A stretch of DNA of 64,000 nucleotides from Eledone cirrhosa (Eukaryota). Of the stretch, positions 14,041 through 25,640 are shown one piece after another. The stretch spans positions 299,770,001 to 299,834,000 of the forward strand of contig OZ024741.1 in assembly GCA_964016885.1 (NCBI GenBank), in the 5' to 3' direction. Numbering within the stretch: the first letter of the stretch is position 1; each line of letters starts with the position of its first letter. The notes beneath the pieces are model-generated. The model ran no database searches. It worked only from the letters and a program-made list of their open reading frames with translations, and had not been told where the DNA came from. Made by a program: the position numbers and the translations under genes.

Positions 14041-14132
14041 ACTTTGCCTTTCATCCTTACGGGGTCGATAAAATAAAGTACCAGTAATGGACTGGATAAT
14101 TGCTGGCTTTGTGCCTAAAGTAGAGACAATTG
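14041..14132 (+). mobile_element. SINE 3' fragment (same family as 15780-15958)
   Basis: ACTTTGCCTTTCATCCTTACGGGGTCGATAAAATAAAGTACCAGTAATGGACTGG...GTAGAGACAATTG. Confidence 0.8.
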
Positions 14133-14207
14133 TTTTATAACGCATGTGATTACTTGTAATATTCCTGTGTTGCCATGTATACTGTTTTGTAGGAATTCTA
14201 CGATATA

Positions 14208-14591
14208 TCTATATATTGCTAAAGGTCTGTGCTTGCTTGCGTGTCTGTAATGTAATACAGACAAAAGGGCGCAAAATGGGAAAATATTTTGAATGGGAAT
14301 TGACAAATGGAACAAAACAAGTTTCGCGTAAATCGGACCACACGGGTTACCGAGGTAAGGGTTTTTTTCCGGATACCTTCATAAACAGAGAGATAGAGAG
14401 GGAGAGAGAGATAGAGAGAGAGAGAGAAAGAGAAAACGATAGTGAAAAAGAGATAGTGGTTGTGAGAGAGTAGATTGAAAGAGAGGGAGAGGAAACAGAT
14501 AAGGAGTATGGAAGAAGGAGAGAGCTCGTGTATATATATGTGAATGTGCGTATGTGTCTATGACCAGTGTATATAGACCACAGACACCCAC

Positions 14592-14632
<41 letters not shown>

Positions 14633-14864
14633 AACATATATATACATACGTACACACACATTTATATATATACGTACACACACATGTATATATATATATA
14701 TATATATACGTAAACACACCTATATATATTGGCCTTCAAGTTTAATTTCACATCGTATACATGTCTGTACATGTATTAATTAATTAAAAATTATTTTTAA
14801 GTGAACATAATTTAAAAAGAATATTTTGAAGTGAACCAGACCCAACGGGTCACGGGTGCTCTAG
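14208..14864 (+). mobile_element. Putative non-autonomous Helitron
   Basis: Starts A|TCTATATAT with a CTGT-rich head; ends with GC-rich CCCAACGGGTCACGGG followed by CTAG|T; internal (GA)n and (TA)n. Confidence 0.5.
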
Positions 14865-15313
14865 TTTAAAATAACATATCGCCGGGGATTGATTAGCAAA
14901 ATGTAATAAGCTGAGTGCGGGTGGGGGTTATCTGAAAAATTAATAAGATGTGGTGGAGGAGGGTTTCGATTATTCAAGACTCGAGAGTAAGGTAAAACCA
15001 ATGTTGTTGTTCTATCACTATATTATAATTGAAATACAACGGTACGGGAGATAGTTTCAACTCTCTCAACCTACACAAAAGGGAATATTGCGAGATCAAA
15101 TAAGAATCATTCGAATACAAAATAAATTATCGTATTCAAGTAATATATAATAGTTGGCCAACTGTGGATATTAAATAACATATATTATGAAATACGTCAA
15201 TTTATCGATACAGAAATTATTTCTTATTGGTATGGAGATGTTTTTTTTTTTTTTGGTCTCCACTTACACAAGCGGTAAATAACTGTATACTTATATATAT
15301 ATATATATATATA

Positions 15314-15763
15314 AAGAAGAAGTTTATGAAACGGAAATGCGGGTATAAAGAATTTATTAGGTAACAATTGTTTCTATAGGGTATGGGTTACCTATATCTC
15401 GCTATTTGTATAATATAAAAATATTATCATAAATCGTAGGTACACTGTAAGAAAACACACTATGTCGTCAGACCTTGGTGGTAGAATGATATGAAAATAT
15501 TTTATACACTAGATATAAGAGAAATAAGGAGGTAGGAAGGGAAGAGGAAGAGGGAAGCGAGTAAGGGGGAGGGAGTCTTAGGATTTAAGACTGTCAGAGT
15601 AGTAGAGATTGTAAGGAGAAAATGTTTTGGCAGCAGTTAGCTTAATGAGGCGTGTTAGGGTTGGCGGGGGAAGTAAATTCTTCTAGTGGTGTTGTTTGGA
15701 CAAAATTTAGTTAAAGGGGTCAAAGTAGTACAGAATTACAGACAAGTTATTGGGGCTATTATA
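15314..15763 (-). repeat. 3' pseudo-LTR of the Nematis-like PLE
   Basis: Near-identical to 18514-18962. Confidence 0.92.
15359..15475 (-). ncRNA. Type I hammerhead ribozyme with long stem II insert
   Basis: Minus strand: AGGT CTGACGA C ATAGTGTG ... TACCCTAT A GAAA CAATTG TT ACCT; palindromic stem III AACAATTGTT; GUU site. Confidence 0.8.
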
Positions 15764-15779
15764 GTAGCAGGTTATTTCT

Positions 15780-15958
15780 TGGATTGGCAGTATCGGTAGA
15801 GGGTCGGACGCCATACTTTCCAGCATAGTTACGTCCCTTTACGATCTGAGTTCAAATCCTGCCGAGGTTGACTTTACCTTTCATCCTTACGGGGTCGATA
15901 AAATAAAGTACCAGTAATGCACTGGGTAATTGCTGGCCTTGTGCCAAAAGTAGAAACA
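15780..15958 (+). mobile_element. Near full-length tRNA-derived SINE nested in the PLE 3' UTR
   Basis: Head TTGGCAGTATCGGTAGAG, B-box-like GAGTTCAAATCC, core CCTTTCATCCTTACGGGGTCGATAAAATAAAGTACCAG; candidate TSD GTTATTTCT at 15771-15779 and 15959-15967. Confidence 0.8.
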
Positions 15959-16073
15959 GTTATTTCTAAAGGGGTCCAAAAAACAGTGTTTAGTATTATT
16001 ATTATAGAAAGCCATATCGTGTGTATAAACATATAAAACATAAATTTGCAAACGGTGGTGTAAAAAGGTAACA

Positions 16074-18351
16074 TTACATGCATTTAAAAATAGAAAAAGT
16101 CGTTTTCAAACGATGGTTACAGTAAATTGAACGTTCAATTTTGTGGTTCAAAAGTTTGTTTTCCGACGTTAAAATGCAGTATATCTCCATATGGCATAAT
16201 TTACAGAATCGATGATTTTGCTTATATGCAGGCGCACAACAATAATTTGCCAATCAAGGGAGAATGCTTGATTGTTCCTCCGAAGCTGCAAGACTTTATC
16301 GGCGAGGGTTGTTACGGAGCGCATTTTCTCATGCATGATCGAAGATCGATGTTGGTATAGGCGAGCTTTGAAAGATTTTGCGGTACATCCGACGTAATAC
16401 CATTTGTTGGTTCCGGAATTTATTGTACATCGGTAGACAATATTGCGTGCTAGGCACTGGTTATTCAGTTGGCACGTACATGGTTTGGTGCAGTTACAGT
16501 TATTTTTATGTTTTGCAGTAGTATCCTGGATAGTTTGGTGGATTGTAGTTGCGTGTTAGTGCGTTGTATGTCGCTATGCTGGTGCGCTGTGTCATTAGGG
16601 ATGTACTTATTTAGTATTGTTGAGTTGAGTTTTTTAATTAGTTGTTCTATGTTAGGTGCAGTGGAGTATGAGAGTCTAATGGTGCGCTGTTTAATATTGT
16701 ATAGTATTTATGTGAAGTTGTAAAGTGTTTATTGATCAGTGTATAGAATTGTGAGATAATCTTAGTGCTAATAGAAATATTGTACACGGGGTTATACCAT
16801 ATGTACTCTCTACGTCTGATTCTATTTGTTGGTTTGCACCTATTAGTATGCCTATTGATGTGTCTGTGTGGAGCAATACTAGTTCGACTTAGATGTGGTT
16901 TATTCATAGTACCTATGCGGTTATCATCTAGATATTCTCTTTTCTCGCAGTAACCAGCTTTTCTAAGTGCGTCATTATAATATTCAGCATGCTCGTTGAA
17001 GATCTGCAAATTAGACGACAGTCGGGAGATCCTTATGGATATATTTTTAGGGATAGATTTAATAATGGAATGAGGATGGTTCGATTTTACATTAACGTAC
17101 TTGAGATTTTCATTAAGTTTGTGAAATGGCTTTATATTACCGTTATTAAGGTTGAAGGTGACATCCAAGAAGTTGACCACCTTAAGATTGTGTTCGAAGG
17201 TAATATTAAGCCCTAGTTCTAAGAAAAGTTTCCTAATGTTTTTACGTCGCCTTTCTAGGTTTTGTTTGTTCCTATTCTTGACTAATAGAAGTGCATCATC
17301 GCGGTAGATTCCACTGTGGAGGTCAGTAAATTCGCTCTGGAGTCTGTGGGCTATATAGATACCACCAGATCCGTAGCCTCCGCCGAATCATTAGAACCCA
17401 TCGTAATGTCAAATTCCGAGGGTCTATCTCTGCGGACCCAATAACTATTTTCAAAATGAACTACTGTGCGCCTAGCTTCAAGTATAATATTAATTTCCTC
17501 GTTTGTGAGGTCCGAGTTAGCCTTAGCGAATGAGAGGGCCTTATGCAGAGTTTCAGGTGAAATAGAGGAATAGTATTCATCTATATCGAATTGAATAAAA
17601 GAAGATTTGTTTTTGTCACTGATGTTATTGAACCATCTTATTGCCTGTTGAGTATTACCCCATAATTTAATATCTACCTTAGCCTTAACTTGGGGATAAT
17701 ACGATCTAATATGTACTTACTGATTCTACCTATATCAGACTTTGAAGGACATATTAATCTAATGTTAGGGTTAGTATCGAAGTTAGCCATATGGTCCTTC
17801 AGATTAAAAGTCGGTGTAGCTGGAGATAGGGGTACCGTTCTGTCGTCGATTTTCAGTTTCTTAACAATATCACATGCTGCGTTATTAATGTTGGTTAGTG
17901 TAGTTGCGTTTGTTTTTTTGTACTTCTTATGTAATTCCTTACGTATAAAATTATTATATGTTTCTACATCCAGGGTGTATAGATTCGATGTTTTGTCTGC
18001 CTTTATGATAATTCCTTTAGTATTTCTCAGGTTGTCGAGTAGAGTTTTAATATCTCGTTGCAGTTCGTTTTTCCTTCCGTTTGTAAATTTGATTCCGGTT
18101 ATCATTTTCATTAAGTCCTGCTCGAAAGAATCCAGAAGAGGGTTAGCGGGTGGGTTTTTGAAGGATTTGAAACCAAACTTATCGTTGTTGGTGTCGGAAC
18201 TTTGTGTAATCCTGTTCCTATCGAAGTGAAAGGCCTTCCATCTAATCCGCCGAATAAATTCGTTTGTCCTTTGTATCATACCAAGAATGTATTCTTTTTT
18301 ACCCTGAATGGGTATGTTTTCTAAGGACATACCACAATGATGTTTTTCCAT
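16074..18351 (-). pseudogene. PLE reverse transcriptase-GIY-YIG endonuclease ORF, frameshifted
   Basis: ORF 17674..18351 (IKADKTSNLY, RLICPSKSDIG), then FIQFDIDEYY, FDITMGSNDSAE, GIYRDDAL, FLDVTFNL (ORF 16647..17180), CQLNNQCLARNIVYRC..YYVGCT, FCKLCHME..CNH; several frameshifts. Confidence 0.9.
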
Positions 18352-18513
18352 TTCTGAGACGTAGGTTGATAGGTTACTCGACTGTAAAGTAGTGTGAAGA
18401 ATTAATAAATCTGTATTCCAATGTTACTAAGTAGTCGCATTGGATGGAGTCAACCGACGTCGGAGATTGCTCAACGTATAATAAAGTGTGTTTTAAAATC
18501 CGGAGAAAATATG

Positions 18514-18962
18514 AAGAAGAAGTTTATGAAACGGAAATGCGGGTATAAAGAATTTATTAGGTAACAATTGTTTCTATAGTGTATGGGTTACCTTTACCTC
18601 GCTATTTGTATAATATAAAAATATTATCATAAATCGTAGGTACACTGTAAGAAAACACACCATGTCGTCAGACCTTTGTGGTAGAATGATATGAAAATAT
18701 TTTATACACTAGATATAAGAGAAAGAAGGAGGTAGGAAGGGAAGAGGAAGAGGGAAGCGAGTAAGGGGGAGGGAGTCTTAAGATTTAAGACTGTCAGAGT
18801 AGTAGAGATTGTAAAGAGAAAATGTTTTGGCAGCAGTTAGCTTAATGAGGCGTGTTAGGGTTGGCGGGGAAGTACATTCTTCTAGTGGTGTTGTTTGGAC
18901 AAAATTTAGTTAAAGGGGTCAAAGTAGTACAGAATTACAGACAAGTTATTGGGGCTATTATA
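18514..18962 (-). repeat. 5' pseudo-LTR of the Nematis-like PLE
   Basis: Near-identical to 15314-15763; upstream of the ATG at 18351. Confidence 0.92.
18559..18675 (-). ncRNA. Type I hammerhead ribozyme (second pLTR copy)
   Basis: AGGT CTGACGA C ATGGTGTG ... TACACTAT A GAAA CAATTG TT ACCT; stem II fully paired if G-U is allowed. Confidence 0.85.
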
Positions 18963-19000
18963 TATATATATATATATATAAAATATATATATATATATAT

Positions 19001-19396
19001 ATAAAAACAGTCTTGGCGCAAAATCAACTTTTTACATTCACATGACCTCTACCGACCAATCAAAATTGTTTTGACCACAAGCATTTTTACAACACAAAAA
19101 TAACGCTGGAGCCATTTTTTTAACATAAAAACAGGTAGAATTCCCAAAACTAATCAGATCAGAGCAAACAGCACGGACACTCTATCTCAAAATTATTTTT
19201 GAAAAGCATTTAGAAATGCGCAACCGGTAAAAACTTAAAAACTTAAAACCACAACTGAATACTAACCCATACAATCACTAATACTCTTTTATTCCTAATT
19301 AAACCATTTTTCAACTGTGAACAATTTGTCAGCATTTTCTATTCCGTTTACCAATATATAATAACTTGTGTGTTACACCTCTATTCTTTTAACTAT
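19001..19396 (+). repeat. 5' pseudo-LTR of the Neptune-like PLE
   Basis: Essentially identical to 23825-24221 (one extra T in a homopolymer seen). Confidence 0.93.
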
Positions 19397-19421
19397 CATA
19401 TCCTCACACGAGATACAGAAA

Positions 19422-20733
19422 ATGCCAACAAAAACGGATACAACCCTCATCAACTCAAATGAAGAGATCCTACAGGAACTCAAGAAAATCAACACCAACC
19501 TATCTTTGCTGGTCGACAAACTTGACTCCACAAATAAGGAAACCGCCACCGGATACAAACACTCCGAAATCGGCGACAAACTCCAAAACCTTTGCGATAC
19601 TATCCAAACTATGTTCACTACTACCAACCCAGGAAAAACCAACGAAGAACCATGTGAGATTGATTCACACAAAATGAAAATTCGAACAATTCCAAAATGG
19701 AACAAATCCCTCAGAGACAGAAAGTTCTCATTCTGGAAGATGATACAAAATCACAACAAAGCAGAGATATATGAAAAATGGCTTAACTCAACCCCTCTAA
19801 CTCTCCCCCGTAAACTACAAATAAAGTCCATTCCAAATGAACCCGAACCTCAAAGACACCTTAGGGAAAGAATGGCATTGGAAAAAATGAAGACAGAAAT
19901 TGAACTTCTTAAACTGAGGGCCCAGACAAATGAGGAAAAAATCAAAACCATCGATGAAGAGATCCTCCTGGAAATCAACAACAAAACTGAAGGCCCCAAG
20001 GTAGAGAAGATCTCCAAATTATGGAAAGGGGACTGCAACAGAGAAGAACTGAAATCCCTTCAACGCTGGGAAAAAAGTGCCGCTTGGTTCCTACACTATG
20101 AATAGACTTTTCAAATTTTATTACACCTCCAATAACCCGTTCATAAAAATAGGAAAACCCATAACTGAACCGCACAACAACTTCTCAAACCCCCAAGCCT
20201 CAAACAAACGAAGAAGGAAGCACCACACCGAAGATGAACTTCCCAACCTCGCTACCATAAGAAGGAACAAAAACCCAAGAAATCATCTCCCCCAGAATGA
20301 CATTTACAACTTTCCCCCTTCAAGGAGACACCATACCAAATCACTCAACTACTACGCGGATTCCTCATCGTCAAACATAGGGAAAAGATACCACCGCCAT
20401 GATAGATGCAACAACTTCCCCGCCTCAAGGGGACAGCAAGGTAATTACCATTTTCTCAACTCTCACTTCAACAATACACAACAAACCCACACCACACGAT
20501 ACAACCAACAACGTAGGCCACTTATAACACCACAATACAACATGGCACATAGAAACACACACCCATACTCGCAGTACAGGAACACCCCATTCAATCTACA
20601 ACCACCAACCCGAACCACATTTTACAACAACAAGGAATATAACAAGCACAGGAGACCGCTTAACATCAGCAGACAACCCCTCTACCCCAACCATTTTTTA
20701 GACACAGCACACAGATACAGGCAAACAAAATAA
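19422..20733 (+). pseudogene. PLE ORF1: predicted coiled-coil then basic Asn/Arg/His-rich region; one stop/frameshift near 20105
   Basis: ATG at 19422 just after the pLTR; overlapping ORFs 19368..20105 and 20077..20733; heptad-like RERMALEKMKTEIELLKLRAQTNEEKIKTIDEEILLEI. Confidence 0.7.
20694..20700 (+). promoter_or_regulatory. Candidate -1 ribosomal frameshift heptamer T TTT TTA
   Basis: Phased as X XXY YYZ in ORF1 (CAT TTT TTA GAC); the -1 frame runs into the RT N-terminus, which has no preceding in-frame ATG. Confidence 0.55.
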
Positions 20734-23017
20734 CACAAGACAGGGAGGAGAAACCGATAGTAATAAAAATTATCAATCTTACTAGTGCAGAACCAACACC
20801 CAACCTTATCAACTTACTCTCCAAAGGTCTTAAATTCACACCGACCCCACTACGTCCTAACTACTATGAAATGAAGGAAGACATCACAGACTTCTGTAGA
20901 AAGTTACGACTTAGTGAACAACTATTCGACCAGTACAATGAGGATGAATCATTAGCCAGAAATAGAAGCAATTACACCCCTTCAAAAGGTAGAAATAAAA
21001 TCCTGGACGAATTCTGTGAACACATCACACACTTCCCTTACCAACACTTGCACAGACAAAAACACAAGCCAAACCTCAACAAGAAAGAATGGGAAGAATT
21101 AAATAGATTAAAAACCGACAGAACCATTACAATTAAAGAGGCTGATAAAGGGAGTACAGTAGTCCTAATGGAGACAGAATTCTATATCAACTTAGCGCTC
21201 TCCACTTTGGAAAACGAAACATACTACGAAAGGCTGAACACTACAATCAACAGAAAATTATGAGAAACCTAAAAACTCTAATCAACCAATACAAAGAAGG
21301 ACTCACTAACAAGGAATTCAGCTTCATCACAGACTTCACAAGTAAATCCAGCCTTTTCTACGGTATCCCTAAAGTACATAAAAGCGAATCAATCAGTAAG
21401 GCATGCAAGGAAGCCACAGACATAGTCATCAATGTCCCCTCACCCAATGATCTCAAATTAAGACCTATAATAGCAGGCCCCGCTTGCGAAACGCACCGTC
21501 TTAGCAACTTCATTGATACCCTTCTCAAACCCTTCCTCAAGCACATCAAAAGCTATATAAGGGACGACCTAGATATGCTCAATCACCTCCCTAATATGCC
21601 ACTTTCTGAACAAACCCTACTAGTGACGTTCGATGTAGTCAACCTATACTCCAACATCCCCCACAACCTAGGAATAGAAGCTATCCAATTCTGGCTGGAT
21701 AACTTCCACAATGAACTCCCACAACGCATCAAAAAAGAATTCGTGATAGAGGGACTCAAATTTATCTTGGAGAACAATTACTTCGTTTTCAATAACAAAC
21801 CCTACAGGCAGAAATCTGGGACCGCTATGGGAACGAAAACAGCCCCTACGTATGCCAACCTAGTCATGGGATACCTGGAAATCACCCTCTACACTAAAGT
21901 CCTAAACAAATTTGGAAACACCCTCCACTTACACATTGAAAGGAACTGGAAGCGATATCTTGATGACTGCTTCATCCTTTGGCACGAAAACATCGAAAAA
22001 CTTAAAGAATTTCACACCCTTATAAATGGGCTCAACACAAATATTAACTTCACGATGGAATACAGCCATCAACAACTCCCCTTCCTCGACATCCTCATTA
22101 AGATCCATAACAAAAAAATAGAAACAGACATATACTACAAGCCCACAGACTCCAAGCAATACCTCCCCTTCAACTCTTGCCACCCTAGACACGTTAAAAT
22201 TAATATTCCCTACAACTTAGCCAAGAGAATCTGTACTATAGTCTCCAATAAAAACATCTGCTACTTACGGCTACAAGAACTAAAGGACACACTCATAGGC
22301 AGGGACTACCCTGCATCACTAATTGACAATGGAATCCAACGTGCCCTAAAACTCAGTACCCAGGACCTTAGACACCCTAAAGTAAATCAACCAAAACTAA
22401 AAGCTCTTCCATACATCTCCACACACAACCCCCTCAACAACGAGGCCTTTGACACCATCCTCCAGAACATCCCTGTATTGAAAAAGGACCATAGAATGAA
22501 CCAAATTCTACGAACACACGATATCATAAAGAGCAAAAGACAATCCAAGTCAATGAAAAACATCTTAACACATGCCAAAGTACTGCCAACCACAACAACG
22601 AAACCCACAGTAAAAAAATGCGATAGACCCAACTGTGGCATTTGCATCAACCTAATAGAGGGTTCGGAATTCTATTTCAAAGATGGACAACGTTTTATAG
22701 TAAAACACAATTTCACATGTGCATCGGAAAATTTAATATATGTATTAACTTGTTCAGGTTGTCGAGAACAATACATAGGCCAGACCAAAAACAGCCTCCG
22801 CCAACGCATGACTGTCCATAGATCCCAAATTAAAATACGGGAATACAGGAAAATACCACTGAGTGAACACATTGATACCTGCGCCGCCCAAAATCATCCC
22901 AACTTCAGAATCTTTCCCCTCTACAAATTTAAAGATAATGCCACCCACACCCAGCGCATCAGCAAGGAATCTTACTTCATTAACAAATACGGACCCCGTC
23001 TAAACACTTCTCCCTAA
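20700..23017 (+). pseudogene. PLE RT + Cys linker + GIY-YIG endonuclease, one frameshift near 21240-21260
   Basis: KIINLTS..LLSKGLKFTPTP, KEADKGSTVV, YGIPKVHK, LRPII, FDVVNLYSNIP, GTAMGTKTAPTYANL, RYLDD, LPFLDI, CDRPNCGIC, NLIYVLTCSGCREQYIGQT, terminal LN. Confidence 0.93.
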
Positions 23018-23195
23018 GACGAACCCACAACATACACACGTCAACATACATACCTACATCAGCACACATCTCTACCCACATATAAACACAATGACACACG
23101 TAAACACACATGCTCTATGGTGCAATACAAAAAAATATATGTGCATATATATGTATGTATATATGTATATATATATATATATATATGTAGTGAAA

Positions 23196-23246
<51 letters not shown>

Positions 23247-23646
23247 GTGAATATCATTTCACACCTTTTATTGTTAAGATTGTTGATGTTCTATTAAGAG
23301 AACCGATTTTACTGAAAAAATCGAATAATGTACACCATTTTACCAGGGGGGAAAAAAATACTGGTCCACCCACACACGCATACACACACACACACACATA
23401 TATACACAGACACATACACACGCGTACATCAACATACAAAGAGACTTATACACACACACACACACACACACACACGCACTTCTCCGTATAAGACAAAAGC
23501 TGAAAAATATCTTTTGACCTTCGAATGACTCTGCTGTGTGTATGTACGCACACACACACACACACACACACACACTTATCTTAATAGCCATTTGACGCAC
23601 ATCGCTGGTGGCTATTGTCGCAGCATCGAACACCTTACTACTACTA

Positions 23647-23698
<52 letters not shown>

Positions 23699-23824
23699 TT
23701 GTTGTGAAAGAGTCATTTCTCAATCTTGGCGCAAAACCAATTTTTTATCCACATGACCTCTACCGACCAATCAAAATTGTTTTGACCATAATCTTTGCTG
23801 GAGCCACTTTTCTAACATTTTAAC

Positions 23825-24214
23825 ATAAAAACAGTCTTGGCGCAAAATCAACTTTTTACATTCACATGACCTCTACCGACCAATCAAAATTGTTTTGACC
23901 ACAAGCATTTTTACAACACAAAAATAACGCTGGAGCCATTTTTTTTAACATAAAAACAGGTAGAATTCCCAAAACTAATCAGATCAGAGCAAACAGCACG
24001 GACACTCTATCTCAAAATTATTTTTGAAAAGCATTTAGAAATGCGCAACCGGTAAAAACTTAAAAACTTAAAACCACAACTGAATACTAACCCATACAAT
24101 CACTAATACTCTTTTATTCCTAATTAAACCATTTTTCAACTGTGAACAATTTGTCAGCATTTTCTATTCCGTTTACCAATATATAATAACTTGTGTGTTA
24201 CACCTCTATTCTTT

Positions 24215-24221
<7 letters not shown>
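23825..24221 (+). repeat. 3' pseudo-LTR of the Neptune-like PLE
   Basis: Copy of 19001-19396, preceded by a diverged ~110-bp subrepeat at 23721-23824. Confidence 0.93.
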
Positions 24222-24245
<24 letters not shown>

Positions 24246-25334
24246 GCTCTTCATGAAAATATTGGGAACTCAATCACAATTCGCTGCAGTACGATTGCCG
24301 GATTGTTCTTTTGCATTGGAACATGAACTCGCATTCTTTTTATAAGAAAGAGGCAATCCTATAAGTTTCGAAGTTCACTGCTTTTAGCATTTAATATTGT
24401 ATCTAGATATGAAATTAAGTTCCATATTGGTAGTGTAATATGTGTGATGTCACTCTATGTTGTGACTACTGATATAACAGAAATGACTTGACATAAACGT
24501 AGTGGTATAAAATTTTATAGTATAACTGTACAGGAATTAACGCAGGGATCATTCTACTGTTATAGTGTTAAAGTGATTTGGTTATACAAATGTTTCCTCA
24601 CCAATGAACTTATAAGAATGTGACAATGGCTGTATGACTATGACATTGTGGTGATGCTGTCATTGTTAAGGGGATGTGATTGTCATAGTGTGATTGTAAA
24701 TAGCTGTAGTGGTATATTGGTGATGTTGATAGTAGAAAATATGACACAAAATCGCAGTATATGTAGTAATAGACCTATAGCGGAGTATTGACAATGTATT
24801 AGTGAACAAATATTTATTCAAAAACATTTGTTGTTTTAATATTTAGAAATAATTAATAGTGAAGGTGGATAGAAATGATAAAAGTGAAAACTTAAGGTGT
24901 TCTGCTAAATAGATTTATGTTCCGAGTTCAAATCGCCACTGTCTTCTAAACTTCCAGGATAGTAAATTAAGACACTAATATAGAAATGGGAGCAATTTAA
25001 TCAATTATATTCTATTAAGAATTTGGTGTCATTGGAATTGCTATAAATATTATAATCTTAAAATAAATAACGGTGGTGGATAATAAACATGTGAGAACGT
25101 AGTACAAAGCTCCTTTCTGAATTTACGTAGGTCACCGTATGTTTCAATTCCAAATTCCTTGTGGTTAACTTTGCCTTTATTGCGTAGATAAAATAAATCC
25201 CAACAAGAATTTGATTCAATCAGCTAGACTTTCGTCTATAATTTGTGTGTATTTGCACCTTCATTGCAATTGAATTTTTATTGTACTAAAGATTATTTAA
25301 TTATTTCTACGTATGTAACTAACCTGACCACACT

Positions 25335-25640
25335 ATGAATGAAGAAGTCATGGAGATGGCCCGGATGAGTAAACTCTGGGTTACCATAAGCTTACAGTGA
25401 TGGATGTTGCATGAAGACATGCTACGTACCTTCAGGAAGAGGGGAGTGAGTGCTTACCTCGAAAGGAAAGCAGAAGGGTGCATGGGACACAATTCAGATA
25501 CGTGAAGATTTGGTTGAGGTTGGAGGAGGAATATCTGGTCGACATGGGCTAGATGGCTGATCCGTGACATATTTTGCGACTGTGTGGAATGGTTGATAGG
25601 GGCTCAATGCTCCATGGAGAACAACATGAACTAAAGGGGA
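25335..25640 (+). mobile_element. Old RTE-like LINE 3' remnant
   Basis: NEEVMEMARMSKLWVTISLQ*WMLHEDMLR resembles the RTE C-terminal NEEVL...RRW..GH.LR pattern. Confidence 0.4.

Larger units (their letters stand above)
15314..18962 (-). mobile_element. Complete Penelope-like element (YRDD, Nematis-like) with ~450-bp direct pseudo-LTRs, in (TA)n
   Basis: Direct repeats 15314-15763 and 18514-18962 (offset 3200); RT-GIY-YIG frame between them; TA tracts at both ends. Confidence 0.92.
19001..24221 (+). mobile_element. Nearly intact Neptune-like Penelope element with ~396-bp pseudo-LTRs and an extra upstream ORF, in (TA)n
   Basis: Direct repeats 19001-19396 and 23825-24221; RT and GIY-YIG motifs; TA tracts on both sides. 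Confidence 0.93.

Noticed and set aside
17690-18229. 179-aa plus-strand ORF, and similar antisense ORFs over the other RT and RepHel regions
   Set aside because: Antisense shadows of transposon coding sequence with no independent motifs.
19255-19335. CTGAATA...GAACAATTTGTC as a hammerhead in the Neptune-like pLTR
   Set aside because: Both core boxes deviate and stems I and II do not form.
20441-20701. Intron from AAG|GTAATT (20441) to TTTTTTAG (20701) as the route into RT
   Set aside because: Splicing these sites stays in the ORF1 frame and does not reach the RT frame; other donors are not excluded.
15314-24221. Direct terminal repeats suggesting LTR retrotransposons
   Set aside because: No TG..CA ends, protease or integrase; RT and GIY-YIG motifs are Penelope-type, so these are pseudo-LTRs.
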